From the NCBI GenBank assembly GCA_001820725.1, contig MHQR01000020.1, positions 1 through 63,084 on the forward strand: a stretch of 63,084 bases of DNA, written 5' to 3'. Shown here one piece after another: positions 57,814 to 63,084 of the stretch. Under the pieces are notes generated by a model. The model ran no database searches. It was not told the origin of the DNA and saw nothing but the letters and a program-made list of their open reading frames with translations. The translations under genes were made by a program, and so were the position numbers. Every line of letters begins with the position of its first letter. The first letter of the stretch is position 1. The stretch is from Candidatus Sungbacteria bacterium RIFCSPLOWO2_01_FULL_54_21. GTDB lineage: Bacteria > Patescibacteriota > Minisyncoccia > Sungbacterales > HO2-52-23.

Positions 57814-59649
57814 TTAGGAAAGATGACGGAGACATTCAACAGTCGCCCGATATTCTTGCTGGAGCGTAGCCCCGACGTCATGCCCGCTCTCCGCGATTTT
57901 TCGTCCCAAGACGGCGAGCCGCTCCCGCACACACATCAGCTCTAGCTCTCGGCGCGCGACCATAAATTCTTTTTCCATGTCCGGCACGATCTCGCGCAGA
58001 ACTTCCCCCCTAAAGCGCACGCTTTCCACATGGGGAGCGAGCTCGGCCACTGCGGTGGCGCCGTCTGCCATCAGCGCCCGGAATATTTCTCCAGAAAGCG
58101 CGGTTGAAAATTCTATCTGGCGCTCGGCCAATTCCCGCTTTCTCACCTCGTCCGGCATCAGGGCAAGTACGGCGAGGAACCGCTCCTCCACGAGATCCCG
58201 CCGCGTTGGCACCGCGATCTTTTCCTCTGCAGGTTTCGCGGGAGGTGGGGCCGGCGCCCCCTGCTTGCGCAATTCTTTCCACGTCGCTTCTTCCGCAACG
58301 CCCAGCCGCTCCGACAACTGCGCGATCCAGTGGGCTTTTTCAATTTCGTCGGTGAGTTCAGCCACCAACGGAAGCAGTGCCTGCGAAATTCGTTTCTTCC
58401 CCTCGGCCGTATCGCGGTTTTCCGCCCGAAACACTTTGTCAAAATAGAACGCGACCACAGGCCGAGCATCTTCCACGGCCGCGCGCCAGAGCGCGGGGTC
58501 TTCAGCCACGGCGTCCGCCGGATCCTTACCCGAAGGAATCACCGCAATACGCCTGCTGAAATCAAACTGCGCGGCGAGCGCTAGCGACCGTCGGGTAGCC
58601 GAATCACCCGCGGCATCGGCGTCAAACGAACAGATCATCGTGTCGCATAAGCGCCGCAATATGGATAGTTGCGGAACCGTGAGCGCTGTCCCCGACACCG
58701 CGATGGTCTGCGTCACTCCTGCCTGATGCGACATGACGCAGTCCATATATCCTTCGGTTACAATCACTTGGTTTTTCGCGCGAATCACCTGCTTGGCCTT
58801 GTCGAATCCATACAGCGCGCGCGATTTGTCATAAATCAGGGTCTGCGGCGTATTGATGTATTTTGGCGTACCACTGCCGCGCCCCGCTACCGAAGTTGCC
58901 GCTTCGTTCAACGGCATGGCACTTGTCCCGCTATCCCCTTGTCCCATCAGGGACTTTGATGGCGTAGCACGGGCAACATCGGCATCGGGTAATGCGCGCC
59001 CGCCAAATCCGATCACCCGTGCGTTGGCATCGGCAATCGGGAACATGACGCGCGAGCGGAACCGGTCGTGCAGACGGCCACTGCCATCGCTGGAGCGCAG
59101 AGCAAGACCGACTTTTTCCACCGCATCGGCGCCAAATCCCTTTGCCGCAAGCCCGCGCAGGAGCCAGTCCCACTGGTCCGGCGCCCATCCGATTCTGAAT
59201 CCCCGCGCGGTCTCCTCGGTAATGCCACGCGAGCGGACGTATTCTTTCGCCGCATCGGTCATGAGCAAATTTCTCTCGAACAGTTTGGCTGCGGCCTCCG
59301 CGACATCGTAGAGATGGTTGCGCTCCGAGCGGATGCGCGGGTCTTCTCGTTTTAGCTCAATGCCCGCGCGTCCTGCAAGCAGACGCAGGGCTTCGGGGAA
59401 ATCCAGCCCCTCGATCTTCATCACGAAGGTAAAAATGTCTCCGCCCTCGCCGCATCCGCCAAAGCAGTGCCAAATCTGACGCGAGGGAGACACGAAAAAC
59501 GAAGGGGTCTTTTCGCTATGAAAAGGACAGGGCGCTTTGTAGTTGGTCCCCGCCTTGTCGAGGCGCACATACGACTGGATGAATTCCACGATATCCAGCC
59601 GCGCTTTTATGTCCTCCACTGGCGATCCCATAGACCCAATTATAACCAC
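57814..59649 (-). CDS. dnaG: DNA primase
   Basis: CPFHSEKTPSF...HCFGGCG zinc finger. TOPRIM VTEGYMD. Alternative ATG start at 59631. Confidence 0.95.
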   Translation of the reverse strand: MVIIGSMGSPVEDIKARLDIVEFIQSYVRLDKAGTNYKAPCPFHSEKTPSFFVSPSRQIWHCFGGCGEGGDIFTFVMKIEGLDFPEALRLLAGRAGIELKREDPRIRSERNHLYDVAEAAAKLFERNLLMTDAAKEYVRSRGITEETARGFRIGWAPDQWDWLLRGLAAKGFGADAVEKVGLALRSSDGSGRLHDRFRSRVMFPIADANARVIGFGGRALPDADVARATPSKSLMGQGDSGTSAMPLNEAATSVAGRGSGTPKYINTPQTLIYDKSRALYGFDKAKQVIRAKNQVIVTEGYMDCVMSHQAGVTQTIAVSGTALTVPQLSILRRLCDTMICSFDADAAGDSATRRSLALAAQFDFSRRIAVIPSGKDPADAVAEDPALWRAAVEDARPVVAFYFDKVFRAENRDTAEGKKRISQALLPLVAELTDEIEKAHWIAQLSERLGVAEEATWKELRKQGAPAPPPAKPAEEKIAVPTRRDLVEERFLAVLALMPDEVRKRELAERQIEFSTALSGEIFRALMADGATAVAELAPHVESVRFRGEVLREIVPDMEKEFMVARRELELMCVRERLAVLGRKIAESGHDVGATLQQEYRATVECLRHLS

Positions 59650-59697
59650 CTTTCAGACAAAAATGGAAGTTTGCCATTCATCATCACGACTCAAAGT

Positions 59698-59737
59698 GTT
59701 TGAAGTTCCACTTCAAACAGAAGTTCCACTTCAAACA
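59698..59737. repeat. palindrome GTTTGAAGT-TCC-ACTTCAAAC overlapping a tandem 18-mer (GAAGTTCCACTTCAAACA x2)
   Basis: Read directly. 18-mers at 59702-59719 and 59720-59737. Confidence 0.9.
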
Positions 59738-59802
59738 GAATTGGCGTGGAAAACCGCGCACGGGCGGGTTTACAGACATACGGATGATGTGTCATACTTT
59801 CG

Positions 59803-60297
59803 GTGATGGCAAAGAAGGGCAGAATTGAAACCGGCGCGGTGGGCGCCACGCGGTGGATCGGCACCACCGAGTCCTTGATCGCGCATACTATTATATTCGC
59901 GGCGTCTTTCACGTTTATCTTCGCGGGCGTTTCGGCCGATACCGTTCTGCTCGTGCTCACGACCATTGTCTCGCTCGAAGCGATTTATCTCTCCATCTTT
60001 ATTCAGATGACGGTCAACCGCAACACCGAATCCCTGCAGGAGGTGGAAGAGGACATTGACGAGATTCAGGAAGACGTGAAGGAACTGGAAAGCGGGGTAG
60101 GCGAAATATCGGAAGATGTGGAGGAGATCTCCAGCGACATTGACAAGATTCAGGAAAAAGACGCGGAGGAGACCCAGCAGGAAACCGACACGCGCAAGGC
60201 CATGGAGAACATAGAGCAGACCATGACGCGCCTGCGCGAAGACATCGCCGCGCTCAAACAGACACAGCAATCCGCTACCGATATTGAGCGGCGGTGA
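59803..60297 (+). CDS. DUF1003-like membrane protein with an acidic C-terminal coiled coil
   Basis: Two TMs with SLEAIYLSIFIQMTVNR. Tail rich in E/D heptads. Confidence 0.7.
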   Translation: MMAKKGRIETGAVGATRWIGTTESLIAHTIIFAASFTFIFAGVSADTVLLVLTTIVSLEAIYLSIFIQMTVNRNTESLQEVEEDIDEIQEDVKELESGVGEISEDVEEISSDIDKIQEKDAEETQQETDTRKAMENIEQTMTRLREDIAALKQTQQSATDIERR

Positions 60298-60480
60298 GCG
60301 CATGTCACCCGTACCCGATGTGTCCTGTCCCACGGGTGCCGTGCTTGGCGACATCGGGCAATTTTGGCAATGGAACGATTGGTAAGAAAACATCCTTTGT
60401 GCTATCTTCATGCATAGAGACCATTTCAAAGGTCGCGTAGGAGATATGATGATTTGTACATCTTCCGCTATTGAATTAAT

Positions 60481-60891
60481 ATGGAAAACCTCAAAGAAAT
60501 CGTAAAGCCGTTTTACACCGACTGCCTGACCGTCAACACCCATGCGGATCCTGGGGCGGTTATGTCTCGCGTACTTGCCGACGGCTTCCAGTCCATCGGC
60601 AGCGTGGATACAAAATCCAAGGAGAAACTCACGGGCGAAGTTCTGTTTTTCTGGAAACTCATCCCCGATATGAAGTGGGGCATTCAGGAAATGTTCCAGG
60701 ACGGCAATCGAGTCATCGTGCGTAGCATCGCCTCCGGCTCGCCGAAAGGCGACTTCATGGGCATGCCGATGGACGGCTCCGCATCGTTCAAGATCATGAC
60801 TATAGACATCCATACGGTAGAGAACGGCCAGATCGCCAAAGTATATCATCTGGAGGACTGGGCAACGGGGATGAAGCAGTTGAAATCATAA
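60481..60891 (+). CDS. SnoaL-like / ester cyclase (NTF2 fold) protein
   Basis: 136 aa. FQDGNRVIVRSIASGSPKGDFMGMP...GQIAKVYHLEDW is the typical predicted-ester-cyclase pattern. Confidence 0.75.
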   Translation: MENLKEIVKPFYTDCLTVNTHADPGAVMSRVLADGFQSIGSVDTKSKEKLTGEVLFFWKLIPDMKWGIQEMFQDGNRVIVRSIASGSPKGDFMGMPMDGSASFKIMTIDIHTVENGQIAKVYHLEDWATGMKQLKS

Positions 60892-60912
60892 ACGCGCATG
60901 CCGTTTCCATTC

Positions 60913-60938
60913 AAAAACTCCCTGTGCCGGGAGTTTTT
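60913..60938. terminator. bidirectional terminator
   Basis: AAAAACTCCC-TGTGCC-GGGAGTTTTT between convergent genes. Confidence 0.75.
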
Positions 60939-60957
60939 GAAGTGAGATTGGGTCACC

Positions 60958-61593
60958 TTACTTTTGCGCATTGTCCGCGACATGCCATACCGCGAGCGAG
61001 CCGTAACTGCGGTACGGCGCCCACGCCATGGTGATCCGGGCGATGCTCCGCGGCGTCGCTATTTTTCTTTTGCCGTATATCGCGGCAAGTCCTTTCCGCA
61101 ACCCCAAATCGCCAAACGAAAACACGTCTTCGCGCCCCAGCGTGAAGATAAGGAACATCTCCGCGGTCCAGCGGCCGATGCCTTTTACTTTCATGAGTTC
61201 CGCGATCGCGGCTTCGTCGCCGAGAGCGGGGATCATCTGCAAGTTCAGTTCTCGCGCCGCGGATTTGGCGGCAAGGTCGCGCACGGACCGCGCCTTGGCC
61301 CACGACATGCCGACATTACGCAATGCGTGCTCGGAAAATCCCAGCACATTCTCTGGGGTTGCGCGCTCTCCCGGGAATAGCGCAGAAAAGCGGCCCACGA
61401 TCGCGGCCGCGGCTTTGCCGCCGAGTTGCTGGGAAATAATCTCGCGGCATAGTTTGGAAAAGTAAATATCGGTCTTTTTCTCCTTTTGCAGAAGCTCCAG
61501 TGGCATACCGGAGAGCACAGAAAAAAGCACAGGGTCGCGCTCCTCAAAATGCCGGTATATCTTATTGAGCGTCTTTTCCCTTTTCATGTTCAT
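60958..61593 (-). CDS. DNA-3-methyladenine glycosylase II-like HhH-GPD glycosylase
   Basis: VKGIGRWTAEMFLIF and FSFGDLGLRKG (catalytic Asp). Start at MNMKREK. The longer track ORF overlaps the upstream gene. Confidence 0.85.
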   Translation of the reverse strand: MNMKREKTLNKIYRHFEERDPVLFSVLSGMPLELLQKEKKTDIYFSKLCREIISQQLGGKAAAAIVGRFSALFPGERATPENVLGFSEHALRNVGMSWAKARSVRDLAAKSAARELNLQMIPALGDEAAIAELMKVKGIGRWTAEMFLIFTLGREDVFSFGDLGLRKGLAAIYGKRKIATPRSIARITMAWAPYRSYGSLAVWHVADNAQK

Positions 61594-62071
61594 CTTCTGC
61601 GATGCGCAGACGGTCAATACCGTGATTGGCAAATTCGTCCTCGTACCGATCAATACTTTCGTGGTGCCGGTGCATAGACTCGTCCTCGGCCATGCCCGCG
61701 GCCATTTCCTCGGTGTGCATGGCATGAAAGTCCCGCTCGCCGAGACGTTCTGCCAATTCTTCCCAAAATACCGCGTCCTCGTGCGCATCCAGCACGGCGC
61801 GCACATCCGTTCCTTCCTCAAACAGGCGCGTGGGATGATGCGCGTCATCTGATCCGGGCTCGCGGCTCGCATATTTTTCCAAACCAAAACGCGGCGCCTG
61901 CGAAAAAACCAGATGCAAAATCCCCTCGTATTCTTCAGCCAAAGGGTCTAGGGGTCCGCCGTCTCGGTATGCGTTGGCAACCCAATTGCCCAGATATACG
62001 GCTTTGAGGAGCGCCAGAAACTGCCTGCGCGTCAATACTATGGATGCTTTGGGGATATCTTTTCCGGTCAT
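61562..62071 (-). CDS. hypothetical acidic, His-rich protein
   Basis: 169 aa. 32-nt overlap with the glycosylase start. No family recognised. Confidence 0.55.
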   Translation of the reverse strand: MTGKDIPKASIVLTRRQFLALLKAVYLGNWVANAYRDGGPLDPLAEEYEGILHLVFSQAPRFGLEKYASREPGSDDAHHPTRLFEEGTDVRAVLDAHEDAVFWEELAERLGERDFHAMHTEEMAAGMAEDESMHRHHESIDRYEDEFANHGIDRLRIAEDEHEKGKDAQ

Positions 62072-62168
62072 TCCTGCATCATACCCCCCTCGCTACCTCG
62101 CAGGCAACGCCTGACCTACCCGTGGGGCAAATACTTTTTCTGCACGCATGCGGGACAGGGAAAAAGAT

Positions 62169-62726
62169 TCAAGCATTTTTGAGCGCCTTCCTTATATCAC
62201 GATAGTTAGGGACGGCAAGAGAGACCAAATCCCAAAATTTTTGGGAATGATTCATTTCTTTCAAATGACACAGCTCATGCACCACGATGTAGTCGGCATA
62301 GCGCGGCGGCAGGAGGGCAATGCGATAGCTAAAGCTCACATTCCCCTTTTTTGAACAACTCCCCCATCGTGTTTTCTGATTCCCGATCGTGACAGAATGG
62401 AACGCAAGCCGGTATATCACATTGAAAAAGGCAAGGCGCTGGCGCGCCAAGTCCAAAGCCGCATCTTTGTATTGCCGATAATCACGCTTGTTTGCAGAAA
62501 GCAAAAGGGGTTTGGGCTTGCGCTGAAAATAAGCGACTTTGTCCGCAATCCACTGGCTCCTCGCCTGCGCAAACCGCATGGCGTATGCCGGTGACATGCC
62601 CCGAGGCATAGTCACCACTACCCGTCCATCCGCATGCACGGTCAAGCGCAGCATCCGCGCCCGCCTGCTTTCCACCAGCATATACGGCCCCGTATCTCTA
62701 TACCCGTCTTTGCGCTTTGCGATCAA
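62169..62726 (-). CDS. M48/YgjP-like (DUF45) metal-dependent hydrolase
   Basis: VVHELCHLKEMNHS (HExxH). TTG start at 62726, or ATG at 62681. Confidence 0.85.
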   Translation of the reverse strand: MIAKRKDGYRDTGPYMLVESRRARMLRLTVHADGRVVVTMPRGMSPAYAMRFAQARSQWIADKVAYFQRKPKPLLLSANKRDYRQYKDAALDLARQRLAFFNVIYRLAFHSVTIGNQKTRWGSCSKKGNVSFSYRIALLPPRYADYIVVHELCHLKEMNHSQKFWDLVSLAVPNYRDIRKALKNA

Positions 62727-62739
62727 TGTCTCTTTGCCG

Positions 62740-63084
62740 TTAAACCCTTATCCCTATTGAAAAGCGTATCACATCGCCGTCCGATATATTCTCTTTCTTG
62801 CGCACCTCTGCTTTCAAAGGTAGCACATAGTTGCCACGGCGATTATCAAAAAATATGGATGTTCTCCATCTGGTCTTTCCCATCATAACAATCACCGGCA
62901 GAAACCGCCATCCGCAGAAACTTCGCGATTTGAAAGGGTTGCTCCGCGCGGCCGCGCCAGAGGCGCGGCACCATTCCGAGCTTACGCGCGAGGAAGTATC
63001 AATCTGCGGTGTCTGTTTGAAAATATCCGAACGGAACTGGCTGGGCCCCGCCTGCGTTGAAACTTCGGCGGGCAGGTCGGCGGG
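62740..63084 (-). CDS. DUF1905-like protein, 5' end outside the window or undetermined
   Basis: Open frame from the window edge to the TAA at 62740-62742. Tail GKTRWRTSIFFDNRRGNYVLPLKAEVRKKENISDGDVIRFSI resembles DUF1905. Not in the ORF track because there is no in-window start. Confidence 0.5.
   Translation of the reverse strand, partial: PADLPAEVSTQAGPSQFRSDIFKQTPQIDTSSRVSSEWCRASGAAARSNPFKSRSFCGWRFLPVIVMMGKTRWRTSIFFDNRRGNYVLPLKAEVRKKENISDGDVIRFSIGIRV

Noticed and set aside
59698-59737. Possible CRISPR array
   Set aside because: There are only two 18-nt copies. They are directly adjacent with no spacers, and there are no cas genes in the window.
59770-60849. 359-aa ORF on the - strand
   Set aside because: It is antisense to two well-supported + strand genes (the DUF1003-like and ester-cyclase genes). 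The product is Arg/Gly/His-rich with no motifs, typical of a shadow ORF in GC-rich coding DNA.

Overview
Gene-dense bacterial chromosome segment that uses the standard code; TGA clearly terminates conserved genes. It is mostly housekeeping. The + strand carries a complete F1Fo ATP synthase operon (atpBEFHAGDC, 10.8-17.5 kb) with two extra translationally coupled genes, followed by murC, a Ctp-type S41 peptidase, rplI and pyrG. The - strand carries rpmA, a dcw-like block (D-aminoacylase-family gene, murD, ftsW, murG, then gltX and an M23 peptidase), alaS, a SAM-I riboswitch with metK, a CIRCE-controlled groES-groEL, an ABC-F ATPase, a four-gene sensory operon (REC-REC, FIST, substrate-binding protein, histidine kinase), and rpoD-dnaG. 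Several proteins are minimal: short delta and epsilon subunits, AlaRS without a C-Ala domain, and a MutY-like glycosylase without Fe-S cysteines. This, together with many small membrane proteins, suggests a reduced-genome lineage such as CPR/Patescibacteria, but that is inference only. I found no rRNA, tRNA, CRISPR array or transposase. Main second-look items: (1) a duplicated micro-cassette of one ~61-64-aa two-TM protein plus two ~32-aa single-TM peptides, mostly below the ORF-track threshold (4033-4512 and 36431-36828), the second copy next to a frameshifted paralog of a coiled-coil protein at 675-998; (2) a tgt remnant lacking its catalytic core and carrying a perfect 24-bp inverted repeat; (3) two short-repeat families, CCTACAA/TAGG-unit hairpins (one copy in-frame inside atpG) and the TGTTTGAAGT-N3-ACTTCAAACA palindrome; (4) an orphan membrane-anchored TraD/VirD4-like ATPase with a coupled partner; (5) an accessory islet at 1.4-6 kb with a TDO-superfamily-like protein, an aldo/keto reductase, a TIGR04076-like protein and several tiny terminator-bounded transcription units. 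All family calls come from motifs read by eye. No searches were run.
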